Below are positions 44,133-57,924 of a DNA stretch of 64,000 bases, in pieces (within the stretch, counting starts at the first letter, position 1; each line of letters starts with the position of its first letter). The stretch lies in contig CAVNZM010000001.1 of assembly GCA_963693365.1 (NCBI GenBank), forward strand, positions 19,662,125 to 19,726,124. Reading direction: 5' to 3'. This DNA comes from Amoebidium appalachense (lineage: Eukaryota > Protista > Ichthyosporea). Position numbers and translations under genes: made by a program. The notes under the pieces were generated by a model. It was not told the DNA's origin. It saw only the letters and a program-made list of their open reading frames with translations, and searched no databases.

Positions 44133-46130
44133 GACTTTTTTCATTTGTTGGTAAAAGGGAAGTGTGTTGACTGTGTGTGGTTAGACCCAGACCCCAGCCC
44201 CAGCCCCAGCTTCAGCGCCTACCCCATCGCCTGCACCAGCGCAGGCACCCACGGGCCACCCATGCAACATCTGCAAGATCACACTGGTCACGGCCAGGGG
44301 CTACAGGGACCACTGCACCACCCAGGGCCACATGGCCAAAGCAGGTACACGTGCATGCACAGCACTCTCATGCATGCTTGCTTGAATCACTCGTCACTTT
44401 CTTTCCCCTTACCCTAACCCTCCAATTGCCACCACCCAATGGCCTTGGGCCTTTTGGGGCCCCTTTCTCTTATGCTTGTTGGTTTGGCTTTCCTTTAGCA
44501 GCTTAATGCATCCAACACCCCCCCCCCCCCCCCCCCCCCCCTCCCCCCACCCCACCCCACCCAACCACCCACCCACCCACCCACCACCACCACCACCACC
44601 ACCAGCAGCGGCAGCACCTCCCCATCTTTATCCCACACACATAAACACAAGGTGTGCCACATTCTATCCCCTCCCTTCTGCACAACTGGATACTGCATTC
44701 TGCATCCCCCTCTTCTCCCCCCCCCCCCCCCCCCCCCTCTCCCGGGGTCCTTCCCCTGTGGCCATGCACATTACCACATCCACACCACTTCAACGCCCTT
44801 CCCCGCCCCAGCCGGCCGCCCACCCCCCTGCCTGCCTGCCCGCCTGCCTCCCTTTTTTGTGACACTACATGGCATAGCCTGCCCCACCACCCTCTCTCCT
44901 CTGCCACACCACCCACCAATCTTCCTCACCACCCACCAATTCCCACACAGCCGCTGCTGCTGCCGCTGCCGCCGCGGCCACAGCAGCCGCTGGTGCAGGC
45001 AGCACGGCAGGCATGGGGCCAGAGGAGACAGCAGCCAGCCAGCAGGCACCAGCACAGAAAACAGTGGCCAAGGTCGATGCAGCCACCCTGACTGACGATC
45101 TGCCCAGGGTGCCCAGCCCACACATACAGGCTGACCCCTCGATGTTCTCAAATGAGTTCCTGGCCTACAACGAGGGTATGGGCCACTACTGTGCATGACT
45201 ATGTTGTTATGGTGCAATGAATATACTGGTTTCCCGGTTGCATGTTATGCACTACTGCCTCAGAGCCCCTCAAACTCCGCACACAAGGATAAACAGGGTG
45301 GTGCCACACGGTGCAGCGGTATATTAGCAACATGCTTGCTAGTGGTTATGGCGGTTTCTATTGTGGATGCAAGGGTGCTGGCTGGCCGACATGACAGTGC
45401 ACGTGTGCTGACTGGCCGTGGGCAGAGCGGGAGCGAGGGCTGCAGCAGCTGCGGGAGGAGGTGCGCTGTGGGGGCCTGCAGCACAACACACTGGCCGTGC
45501 AGGTGGCGGCACTCAGACAGGTGGGGGGTATTTGCATACTAGATGGGTGACAGGGTGGAGCTGCAGCAGCAAGCAGGAATGTATGTGCGCACACACGGCT
45601 CACACACCACCTAAACCACGGGACGGGGGGGGGGGGGAAGGGGGGGGGGGGGGGGGGAAGGGGTGGTTATAGCCATTGGGTGCTGATGCACAGCGCAGTC
45701 ACTGACCGGGCCTGTGGTGCAGCTTGTGCAGGGGCTCAAGGCCACGGCACGGGGCAGTGGGGAGGACGGGGGGGACATGTACGTGGGCATGCTGGGGGAC
45801 TTCAGGACGGAGCTGGGCGAGGCCTTTGCCGGCCTGTACTTCCCAGACATACCCCAGCAGCTGCAGATAGCAGAGGCTCACAGGCAGGCCCTCAGGTAGG
45901 CTGGCTGGCTGGTGGGCCTGAGGGGGTTGGAGGTGTGGAGGGGGGGGAAGAGGGCGGAGGAGGGGGGAGGGGGGGGGGGGGAGGGGGGTGGGGGGGATGG
46001 CGGAAACTAAGGATGTGTGTGTAGAAGGAAACAAGATCAGGATTCCCCCTGAAGCTGTTCGGGATTGCAGTGTCAAACGGGAGAGTGGGACACCAAGAGC
46101 ACAGGATATTTTTTTAATTTTTTTTTGGGT

Positions 46131-46170
<40 letters not shown>

Positions 46171-46980
46171 CCAAGCAGGTGCATACGGGGGCGGGAGACC
46201 AATGGGTTATGATTCTGACTGTGGTGTTTGCAGTGAGGGACCCAGGCGGGGCAGCATCCATGACTATGTGGGGGGGCTGAGGGAGTTGGTGCGCAGCAAC
46301 AGGGTCGATAGGAGGGTCGTGGCCACAATCAAGAGGGTGAGCATGGGTCCTGCGTGGCTGTTGGGTTGTGTTCGTATGTGGTGTCTGGGTGTTTAGGCTG
46401 CTTTGCATGCATATAGTTGCACCAGATTGATGCAGGAACAGCACAGGTGGTGATGGTGGTGTATGCGTGTGTGTTTGTGTGTGTTGGAGGGAGGGGGAGG
46501 GGGAGGCTGGGCTGTTACCCAGGTGTCCTGTGATTTTTTCTTCCATCTTCTTGACGTTTAAAGAGTATTTTGAAAAAAGGCTTGATTTCGACGACTGGCA
46601 TTCCAGTCGTACAGTGAACGGAAGCATCGGTTGTGTTGCAGTGCTACGGTCTATGAAGAACCGGTAACTAGGTCCATGGTATGTTGTGTTGGGTTCTGTG
46701 AGGTTCTTTTGAGAGAGACTATAACGTTTGGTGTTTGCTCTTCTTTGCTTTTTCAAATTTGACACTAACCTTTTTTTGTTTGTGTGTGCGGGCGTGCGTG
46801 TGCATGTGCGTGTGTTGTGTGTGCGCGCGTGTATGCCTTGTGTGTTTTACTGCGTGTGCTTGTGTGTGGTTGTGTGGTGTGTGATTGTGTATTTTCTGAC
46901 CATGGGGACGGGCACAGGCGTTGCTACTGGTGCCAGCACTGGCCGACCTGCTCGAGATAGAGGCACTGCGCAGCGCATAG
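36278..46980 (+). CDS. HMG20A/B (iBRAF/BRAF35)-like HMG-box protein with long Q/P/G-rich N-terminus, coiled coil and C2H2 finger; 13 exons
   Basis: Exons 36278-36334, 38022-38194, 38727-39162, 39225-41418 (indel in poly-C near 40340), 41634-41741, 42445-42574, 43243-43721, 44185-44344, 44951-45175, 45426-45520, 45699-45895, 46234-46336, 46918-46980. HMG box PKRPVTAYTRYQKEVRKDVMKMHPGLKMTEVNRIIKGMWDELGEDERVPFQEAYEHDLEVY. C-terminus MFSNEFLAYNEERERGLQQLR...RTELGEAFAGLYFP...SIHDYVGGLRELV resembles the HMG20 tail ([21 protein letters not shown]...RQALTASFASLPVP...TLDFYMARL). Confidence 0.82.
40761..40885 (+). repeat. Coding minisatellite (30-33 nt unit) encoding QKPQQQQPTPT
   Basis: CAGAAACCACAGCAGCAGCAGCCCACCCCCACC-type unit, about 3.5 copies in frame. 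Confidence 0.85.
42163..42412. repeat. Intronic tandem repeat (~110-122 bp units with ~36-bp subunits)
   Basis: CATGTATGGCATGACA recurs 4-5 times, and the longer block TTTGTGTCAATGTGTGCTTAGCACATA occurs twice, inside the intron that splits the HMG box. Confidence 0.88.
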
Positions 46981-47310
46981 CAACCAATCACATGCACGAA
47001 GGGGGGGGGGGAGGGGGGGGAGGGGGGGGATTGGTGGTTTACACAAGGTTGATCATCATACGTATATACCTGCGATATACATAGTATTACGGACACGTAA
47101 GTGGCAATGAGTTGTATATTTTATCACAAACATGTGACATGTATTGTGCGTGCCACGGATTGGTGTGCAGTTTTTTGATTTCACCTCTAAGTCGTAAGAT
47201 ATGCCACGGTGGCACGAATGAACTAAATTAGTGTACGTAGCCTACGTGAGAAAATTTTGCTAAGCTCATTAACGATAATAAAATAGATTGTGACCCACGC
47301 CTCATATGCA

Positions 47311-47360
<50 letters not shown>

Positions 47361-47680
47361 CCCGCGCACCTCCCCCCCGGCCGCCACCCTGCGAACCGGC
47401 ACATGCATTGATCAACAATGACATACCCCCCTCCCTCTACCCAGCAGCACCCCCTTGCCGGCCCCCACCACACACACACACACACGTGTGTGATTTTAAA
47501 GAAGGCAACGAGAGGGGAAACCTACCCTCCTGGGCATTGGGCACGTATGTGGCTGGCAGGGGTGGGGGCGGCTTTTTAGTCTGTGCCAGGGTGGTGCTGT
47601 CTGCACCGATCATAGTCACATGCCCTGGTGAGCCCTGCAGTCCACATGTTATGATGCTGCTTATCGACCACAGCCTTACA

Positions 47681-47725
<45 letters not shown>

Positions 47726-48056
47726 CCCCTCCACCTTATATCCGTACACACACACGTAAAACCCACCAACACCAACTTACTACCAGACCCTTTTGAAGAA
47801 ATTCAGGTATGCAGTTGCAGTCAGAAATCCATTCACCTAGTCAGTTGAGCAAACACACATACACACAGATACACCCGCGCGTGCGCGCGCACACACACAT
47901 ACAAGCAATACGCGCACGCACACACACATGTGTTTGCACACATTCTTACATCCACTCGATGGCAAACACATACAGAAAACACACACAACCCCTCCGATCT
48001 CCGGCAGACACCCGCACCCCCCAACCAACCACCCACCCATGCACACACACAAACCG

Positions 48057-48249
48057 TCACATGCACGCACATGCCTTTTCCAAATCTGGCCCCCTGTTTA
48101 GAGTCCTTGACTCCAGCATTCGTCTGACGTCATCCCTCTGTTTGCTCTGCCGCCGAACTCTGCACCCATGCAATTGAGCACCGATCAGAACGCATCGCCA
48201 CACAGGGCCAGGTAATTTTTCACTCCCCCCCCCCCCCCCCCCCCCCCCT

Positions 48250-48312
<63 letters not shown>

Positions 48313-48496
48313 TGCCCCACCCGTAACACCCTCCCACCGACCCACGTATTCCACCCATACACACAACCCGTCTTATTTCGCTCTGCCCCTCCCTTCCTCG
48401 CTCTCGCCTCCCAGAAAATGAAACCTTGCATGCACACACCTACGTACACACAGGTATTTCCCACTTCCCCTTCCCCCCCCCCCTCCCCCCCCCTCC

Positions 48497-48533
<37 letters not shown>

Positions 48534-49640
48534 ACCCCCCTCCCCTCCCCTCCATCCCCCTCCCCCATCACCCCACCAGTACACCCCACCATGGCCACCC
48601 ACCTGACCCAGCATCCAGCAGCCACCAGCAGCAACACCACCCCCACCCCCACCACTATGCCCACTATGGCCCCTACACCCACCCCCCCACCCCCACTGCT
48701 GGCCCCCTGGCTGCTGCCTGTTGCCGTGGGTGTTGGCCCTGCACCTGTCCCGTTAGTGCCTGGCCCGACCCGAGAGTGCCCCGGTAGTTGCTTATGCGAC
48801 CCCCCTCTCCCCCTCCCCCCCCCCCCCTCCCCCCCAACAGAAAAAAAGAAAGAAAAAGAAATAAAGAAGAAAAAAACGGCCTACCCGCCTCCCTCCTCTC
48901 TTTCTGCCTCCTCTCTACCTCTCTACATGTACAAATAATGGGGATTATAAATCTAAGTGAAAAGCCTGCGACATGAGCAATTTTGAGCTCCCGACCACGG
49001 TGTAATCACCAAACACTTTCCAGTCAGGAAGAGACAACTGGCCCTTCTTCTACCAAATACTCACCTCATACAGCACACTACCAAATATGGCACATCGATC
49101 ATATATGGCATACCATATAAGCCAACCTACCTGATGGCAGGGCCAAAACCTGCTCCACGTTGAGGGCCATGAGGATTGGGGGCACCAGAAGCGCATCCTC
49201 GGGATCACCTTTAACAAATACTTAAAGTCAGTATATAAACACACACAAACCCTGTCTCTACCCAAATAGGGAAGGTAAAACCACCAATCACAAACAGGAT
49301 GCTGCGGCCACCTGCTCGGTAGATGTCGCTGCCAAGGTCCAGGTGAAGGGGCAGCTGTGAGGGAGGGGTGGTGGTTAAGAGGGGGGGGGGGGGGGGGGGA
49401 GGGGGGATGATAATCTGGTGTGTGTGTGAGACAGGAGGGTGGGTGATAACGAAGAAAAGAGACAAGCTCGTGTGTATGCAAAGCTACATATGCGTGCTTG
49501 TGTGTGCACGAAAATGAGGGTCACGGTGACACGTACACAAACGTGCACCCACAGACGCAAAACAGCCAAAGCCTGAATTGAATTTGAGTATATCTACACA
49601 CACACGCACATCCGACCACGCACGCACACTTAAAGAGCAC

Positions 49641-49739
<99 letters not shown>

Positions 49740-49903
49740 ACACACACACCACACACACACACACCTTATTGCCGTTGGAATCCACTATCTCCACGTTTGC
49801 ACCCGGATACTGCCCTTTGCTGGTCCTGCTCGCATCTTTCAGCATCCAACATCCCTTCCCTCTCTTAAACTACGTGTTCAACCCCCCCCCCCCATCCCCC
49901 CAT

Positions 49904-49934
<31 letters not shown>

Positions 49935-50672
49935 CTGCCTGTTGCCCGGCTTTCCCCACCTGCAGACATCTGTAAACACATGCACACATGCACAAAACCG
50001 CACCGTCACACATACACACACACATACACACTCACACTCACACTCAAACAGACACACACACGGACACAGCCACGTACACATAGTCCGTCACTGCCTGCAT
50101 GGCCACCTCGATGTTTGTTGTTGTTTTGGCTGCAAGCGTGGTCCACAGAGTCTCCGTGTCCACTGCGGTTAAAAGTATCAGCCAATCAAGTCGTTTGAAT
50201 GGGCAAAACGGCTTCTAGGCAATGCTACGTGCTTCGTTAACGGTTTTCAAACCCCCCCGGACCCCTCCCCCCCCTCCCCCTGGCTTCCCCACGTTCTTTG
50301 ATTCCTTAACGAAAAGTTTCTCCATTCGGTGCAGGAAACCACCAGCAAAAACATGTCCTTTTTTAACCTCCAAAACCAACACTACTCACCCACCCACCCA
50401 CCCCCGCATCCACACCCAAACAAGTAGAGTAGTAAATTGCCTGTTTGCGGCCACGTAAATGGCTGATTGGCTTAGCTTAACTAAGCTACCGGCAAGATGC
50501 ACAGACCCGCCTGAGTACGAACTATACACAGACATGGACATGCCAACATAACCACATAGACACACACGTACACGCACACACACGCACACGCACACATACA
50601 CACACACATACACACTTACACGTAGGTTTGTACACACACCCACACACACGCGCGCGTACGTATATACACACC

Positions 50673-50724
<52 letters not shown>

Positions 50725-50754
50725 AAAACACAACCACACACTGACACACATACA

Positions 50755-50825
<71 letters not shown>

Positions 50826-52464
50826 CATATATAAATACAAACGGACACATACACACACACACCCGCGCATGCACACATACACACACACGACACACTCACA
50901 TTTGTACAGGACGGTGAAATGGAGGGCATTTGCTATCGTCAGAGCCACCCGATCATTTGGTGGCGCCCCAGCGACCTCCCACTGCTTCACGTCCCTGGAA
51001 AAAATGGTGTGTATGTGTTTTTTTTTTTGGGGGGGGGGGGGGGGGGAGGGGGGGAGGGGGGGGGGGGGGGGGGGGCAGTGGTTAGCCGTTCTGAATCATG
51101 AACAGGAGATGATGTATGCATGGTGTTTACAAGTTTTGCTTGGTATAGAGTTTTACATGATTGGGAGGAAGTGGGGGAGGGAGGTGAGAGATGCATGAAA
51201 GAGGGGTTCGTTTCTGGGAGATGTGAGCAGGTTGGAGAGCTGTAAATCGATGTGGGTTGGACTTTGGGGGGGGGGGGGGGGGGGGGGGGGGTTCTTGCAC
51301 AGACCAGTATCTGGAGGGCACACGCATGGCTGTGTGTGTGTGTTTGGGGGCAGGGGGGAGGGGGGGGGGGGGAGAGGGGGAGGGGGAGGGGGAGGGAGGG
51401 GAGCCCTAGAGAGTGAAGGGTGGGGGTGGGGGGAGGGGGGGGGGGGCACGGAAAACGTTTTCGCGCCTGGTTGCTGCACGTGCTCGCTAGTTTTGCACAC
51501 AGCCTATTAAATTTTGATAGGGTGTTGCCATTCGTGAGTGTATGCGGAAATGCACCTGTACTGGGTGTGATGCATGCTGTGTGCTGTTTGGCTCGCACTG
51601 TATGCACGTGCGCGTTGAAGCACTTGGAAGTGGCGGATGAAATTGATCTGTGTGTTCCTTACTGGTATGTATGTGTTAAATTGCACGAACACAACACATA
51701 ATGTCACCAACACTACTATTACAAGTGACGGCATGCTAATCACATCCACCAGATATCACCCCAGCAAACTGTTCTCATGCACCGGCTGTGCATAGAACCC
51801 CCCTTACCATGGATCCTCAGTCCCAGGGGGATCCGATATGAGCAGTATATGGCTGGCCCCTGGATTTGCACGTGCGCCATTGGCCGAGGCACTGAAATTG
51901 GCGGCACTGCAGTCCTCGCCGGTCAACGTGCAGCCTGCAGGGGGGATTTGTGATTAATTCCGGGTGGAGTGGGGAGGAATACGGAAAGTGGTAGGCGGGT
52001 CAAGTAATTTCCCCCCCCCCAAAACATCAACCATATAAGTCAAGAGAGTTGGAAAAAAGGAACAGAATATGTGATGATGAGGCTGTTGAAGGGGGGTACC
52101 AATTGGGTCTTATGAATGACCACTGCTGGCAGGCATGGGGGCTACATCTACGTCCAGTGTAATTAATTATAATGGTTGTAACGGTTACCAACAACTATGG
52201 TGACTGGGCTGACAGATAGTAGCCGTCAAGTTGCAGCCCCGACTGTGCTGGATGGTATACTGAACAGAAGTGAGTAACTCAAGGGGATAGGGCCTGCAGG
52301 GCCGGAGGCTATGAACGATGTATCAGTGCAGTTACAGAGAAATTGCCATCGGATAGTATCACTAATTCAGTGAGGGCAGGCTTCCAAATGATACGCGATG
52401 AAGGGGTTGGGGGATGGGGGTGGGGGGATAGGTTTCTTTTCTCCTTCTTTTTATGTGGTGTGCA

Positions 52465-52495
<31 letters not shown>

Positions 52496-52511
52496 TTGTG
52501 TGTGTATGTAT

Positions 52512-52600
<89 letters not shown>

Positions 52601-53599
52601 TTTGTTTGTGTGTGTTTGTGTGTTTGTGTATGTTAGTGTATGTGCGCATGTGTGTATGCGTGCGTGTGTGCGTGCATATGTGCGTGTCACGGTGCGTGCG
52701 CGCGTGTGTGCATGCTTTTGAGGAGGGGTGGGGAAACGGTGGGTGGGATGCAGGCACGTACTTGTTTTGAGCACCTCTACGTCTGCCAGGTATCCCCCAC
52801 TCCCCTCTCCCCAAGTCCATGTGCCGTACTGCCCAAACCCGAGCACCCCACTGACGTCATTCTTGCCACGTGTCTACCGCCGCAAGGTCAGATTGATGGG
52901 GGGGAAGTAGTATGGCCTAAAGTTGTGTGCGGATATGTCGAATATATGATAATAATCATCTTTCTTAACGCCATGTATACCAACACAGAAAGCCGTAGAG
53001 GAATCAGAACCAAGTCAGCTATATGAGAGTCTATATATCAATTCACTTCTTGGCAAACGCGAATGATGGCCTTTAATATACCAATAATTCTTGCAGAGGT
53101 TTTTGAAGTTCCAGTATCTAATACTTTTTTCAGAACGCTGGTGTGTTTGTGTGTTGCGCATGGGTGGGCGATTAGTGTCGGTGCATGCCAAGGGTGGTGA
53201 AGTGTCTCAATGACGGGACGGAGTACAAGGGTGAACAAAGCAAGAAAGACTGAAGGCCTACCACAAGGGACCCTTGATGGTCCCCAAATGTGAGTGCGAG
53301 CTCCTCAGCCACCCGTGGCTCAAGATCGTGATGTTTAGAGTCTGAGCCATGGCCACGAACAACCTCCCCCTTCCCTTTCTTCCCAACCCCCCCAACCCCC
53401 CCCCCCCCCCCCCCCCCCCTTCCCCCCCCCCTCGTTTGTTCTCTCTTCCATGCACCACCGTAGATCCGTACACACGACATACACTGACCTGGACCTGGGC
53501 GCTGTTGAGTATGCTGCGGCCATTCACAACTATAGTGTTGGTGCGGGCATGACAAATGCCCGCCAGGCAGAAAAAAATGATAGCTGCAGCGGCCCACAT
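48057..53599 (-). CDS. Unknown type-I single-pass membrane protein, many short exons
   Basis: Signal-peptide exon [37 protein letters not shown] (53599 to ~53489). AG/GT-bounded exons near 53341-53262, 51934-51808, 50994-50900, 49824-49764, 49354-49262, 49209-49131. TM exon near 48744-48604 ([24 protein letters not shown]), then a basic juxtamembrane exon [15 protein letters not shown]. Exon chain incomplete and 3' end uncertain. Confidence 0.6.
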
Positions 53600-54409
53600 G
53601 ACCTTTTTCTTGGGTTGTTGGAAGCTTTCTTAAGAACAAGAGACTAATAAGCATAAGGTCTTGAGGTTTGCATCAGGAGGGGATTCGAAATGCTTTGGAT
53701 GTGGTGCCTTGTCTAGAGCTCAGGCGTAGATTGCTAGCTAGGCTCCAGCTAGCTGTAGCGTCCAACGGGCATGGATGTTATTGTTTGGGTCATTGGACTA
53801 TCACATGCTCAAAGGAAATACAAGCCCTGAAAGTGTAGCAACATACATAGTGCATACAGAAACCCTTTTGGACTTCGTCTAATATTAGCTGGAGGACGGG
53901 TGCCGTCGTAACCGCGCTTCATTCCCCCTATACCTACTGTGACATTTAACGGTATGATGTGTCAGATATGTTAAATCACGACAGCTCTGTGAAAGTAAAT
54001 TATATACCGAAGCTTTTTTTCTAACCAGCATTTGCCACAGCGCACTATTCTACCTTGTTGCTACACCTTATTGGTGACACCAGACTCCGTGACTGTAACG
54101 CTGTTACGTCGCAGTATATGTAAGTGTCATCAAGCGATGATCTTTTCTATCTAATAGCTCTGTTGGGATTTATCAGAGACCCGCTACCAGCCAATCGCTT
54201 GCAAGCGAAATCTGGCGCGGAAAAGAGCGCACGTACCTTGTGCGGATGCTCACGAGCGCTTGGTCGCCACCAACGGTTCACCAGTCACCACGGCCACAAC
54301 AAATATGGTACAAATATAATTTTCAATATATATCTACAGCACTTTGTAATTCGGTTGTAAACCTGCTGAAAAAGTCGCGGACTCCATCTCAGACAGCAGT
54401 CACAGTCAG

Positions 54410-54714
54410 GGGTGTGGCGACTTGACTTCGTCGCGACTTGAAGTCACCAAGCTCCTGACTTCAACCAAGTCAAGTCAAGCCATGAGGCCGGACATAGGAG
54501 TGACTTGATGGGGGGAGGGGGGCTTAGGGCGGGGAAGCATAGGAGGGTGGGTGAAAAGGGGGGGCGCAATGCCCGCCCGTGGCCCAGCTGGCTGGAGGAG
54601 TTACTATAAATAGTACCCCTCCAAGTCGCGACTTGTAAGTCAAGTCAAGTCATCAATTTCAGCAAACAATTATATTTATAAGTCATGTCAAGTCGCTGAA
54701 ACTCTGCCACACCC
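54410..54714. mobile_element. Short non-autonomous DNA element with CAAGT/ACTTG subterminal repeats
   Basis: Terminal IR GGGTGTGGC / GCCACACCC; more than 10 GACTTG/CAAGTC motifs in both orientations. No clean TSD. Confidence 0.65.
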
Positions 54715-54950
54715 AGCGCCGCACCACTGAGATGACACAAATTCATTGATAAGGATCTCAATTTTGATTGGTTTACCTTTCAGCCAATCACACAACTGTC
54801 AACAAACCACACCAGCTTGCGCACGTGCACGGTGCCGCAAACCACGCCTGCGGGCAGCGGTCTGCTGAGCTCCGAGAGTGAGCCTGCGACATATGCATCC
54901 AAAACATGATGAGGCTACAATTCCTAGGAATATGGGTACAGCTGTTCCTA

Positions 54951-55033
54951 TATGTAAGTGGTTGCTGTTGTTTTGCCGTCACCTCCTTATAATTATTTAT
55001 GTAAGTGGTTGCTGTTGTGTTGCCGTCACCTCC
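54951..55033. repeat. Direct repeat, ~36 bp, period 47
   Basis: TATGTAAGTGGTTGCTGTTGT(T/G)TTGCCGTCACCTCC at 54951 and 54998. Confidence 0.9.
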
Positions 55034-56201
55034 GTCACAGTGGGCCAGTGGGTCACTTGCATCATCACCGTGACCGACACCCGATGGCAGGACATTGGCA
55101 GTGCCGTGCACGGTGCTCGGACTCGGTGACGTACTCGTGTCAGCTGCAGGGGCCCCTCACACGGTGTGGTGTGGCAGTACATGTGCAGTACGTACGTAGT
55201 GGATAACTGGTGCCGTCCTGACTAACGTTCCCCGAGCATGATGGCCAGCTGTAGGAGCAGGAGCAGGTTGGTCCCAAGTGTGCCCTCCACCCGCAGCAAG
55301 AAAAATAATTACTCTACAACAGAAGGAGAGCTGGCACAACTTACTAATAAACTTTGCCCTGCCTGAGCTCGATTATTAATCCGGTGAACACTACTATACT
55401 ATTAGTACACGGCCGATCATCACGATGTTCAGAATACTAAATGAGCAGCAGATGAAGGGTGTGTACTTGCAGTAGCAATGATACGCACGGTGTTTCACAC
55501 AGTACACTCAAAAGACATGTCACTGAGACTAGTGACGGTGTTTATTTTACAGAGTTTACAATACATCGAGCTTTTGGTGATCGTGAGAAGTATCGATTGT
55601 GAGAATATTCGCGCGACGGGGAAATAGAATTGGGGTTTACGCTGTTTACTCGAGGCAAAGAATTCTAATCTAAATTATCCCCATAAAAAAAAAAAAAAGA
55701 AAGAAAGAAAGAAAAAGAAAAGGGTCAATAAATGTACAAAAAACTCGAGAATGACATGACCATAATGGTACACTTAAATTTAAAGCAGAATTCAATGCAT
55801 ATGATTTCTAGAAATGTGTTGTGTAGGTAAAAAAAATTCTCGGGGTGTGTGGGCGTGCCAATATATTCTAAGGTGTTAGGCAGGTTGAAGTGCATACGAG
55901 AGAGCCACCAAGCACGAACATGTGCGCTCGTAATTGTGGACTTGTGGGTGTGCAAATTTGATTATCGAATGCATCATTCATGTGTGCATGTGCGTGTGCG
56001 GCTGCTGTTTGCAATTGCTTGTATGCATGTGTGTGTGTGTGTGTGCATTCGTGTCCATCCACGGGGAAACGGAGCGTACTCAAAAGCAGAGATCTTAGGC
56101 ATACAGTGAGAGGCCTCATTTTTCAACACAGAAGGCATGGACGACACACAGTGCATACGGGGGAAAACGTTGGGTTAGGGAAAAAAGACTTAACCTAAAG
56201 G

Positions 56202-57884
56202 TTAAATGCCCCCTGCAGCAGCAGCAAAAAGGTGTTGTGGGTGCACACCGTGTCTCTCCCGCAGCCCAAACACCAAGATGCAATTGTCGCGATGTTTCCG
56301 TACACTGGCTGTGGGGTCGAGGAGAACCTGGCGGTTGTTGATTGGCTGGATGGGCCTGAAATTGCCTGATATGGGTTGACTCTCGGCCCCGAGTATTTGC
56401 CTGTGTAGTGTGGAATCAACCGGTCAATTTTGTCACACATATTACAGAACCATAGAATGAGTAAGGGCGTGTTTGGCAGCGAAGTTGCAATACCACGAAT
56501 ACGAATTTGTGTCATGCCAAACACGCCGCAGAGTTATATCTCGCGAAAAGACGGATGGGATCGCTTTTATATTGTCTTTTCGAAAATCACCTCCGGAGGT
56601 GATTTTCGAAAATACGATATACCTTTTAGCCAATCACAAACAATGTAAGATTCTATTGCATCAATCTGATCCAATCTAATTTCGACATCGTCGCGAACCA
56701 TTTATGGTTATTTTGGCCAGGATCGAAATTCCCAAAAAAAGTTTGGGAATTTCCCAAACTTTTTTTCAGGCTTCCCAAAGAACCTCTGGGGATTGGGGGG
56801 GGGAAGGGGGGAAGGGGGGGGGGGGGGGGGGGGGGGGGAAGAGGGGAGAGGGGGGGGGGGGGGGGAGGGGAGAGGTGGGGAGGGAGGGGGGTGGGGGGTG
56901 GGAGGGGGGAGGAGGGGGATTCGAGTGGGTAAAGTGGACTGTGCACGTGAGCGAATATTGGTGCCCATGGCCAGCATATGGCCCGGGGGGGGCCCGGCCC
57001 GGGTGCGCGCCCGGTCGCGGGGTTTTGGGGGGGGGGGGGGGGGGGGGAGGAGGTTTGCGGGCCGTGAGTGGGTATACCACAGTGGGTCGACACGGCCGGG
57101 GGGCGAAGATCTAGAGGAGGTAGGGGAGGAGGGCCGTGATCACGAACTTTTGTTTGCAACTTGCAAGCCCAGCTGCCCAGGGTTTTCCCAAAGCTTTTCC
57201 CAAAGTTTTTTTGGCAGATCCCAAACAATTTGGACCCTACCCCAAAGTTTCAAAAACAGAAATCGAACCCTGATTTTGGCTGGGAGATGGTGGAAACCGT
57301 ATTCGTGCCTGTTCTTTTCCGAAAAATGCTTGTTTCTACAATAGAAATTTATAAAAAAAAAAATATAATATATACTTAAGCATTCATATGTAAAAAAAGA
57401 TACAAAAAGATGAAAATCAAGCTCAAAATATGACATTTGATTGCACTTCAAAGTACTAATTGTATGATTATCGGTTTACATCCCTTCGTCCAATCAAACA
57501 TCTGAACAAATACACTTTTAGCATTCCATTGATGAAAGGTAAATACGATCGAGCGATTACATCTTGCGTTTTTAGGCGTGTTTGGCGTGCCACAATCGTA
57601 TTATCGCCTCTAAATACGCATACCTCAAAATAATTTTATAGATACGATTAATCGCCTTTCGAACAATAATACGAATACGATTTTTTTCGGCTGCCAAACA
57701 CGCCCTAAACATCATTGGGACAGAACAAAGGAGGAGTCGCAGTGTTTGGTGGTGGTGGTGGCCCCCTGAGCGGGGGGGGGGGGGGGGGGGGGGGGGACGG
57801 TGGAGTATACTAGAAATAAGTCTTTAACACTAGTGGTTGAAAGGGTGGTAATTATTAGAATAAAGAGACTCAATAAGAAACCCG

Positions 57885-57924
<40 letters not shown>

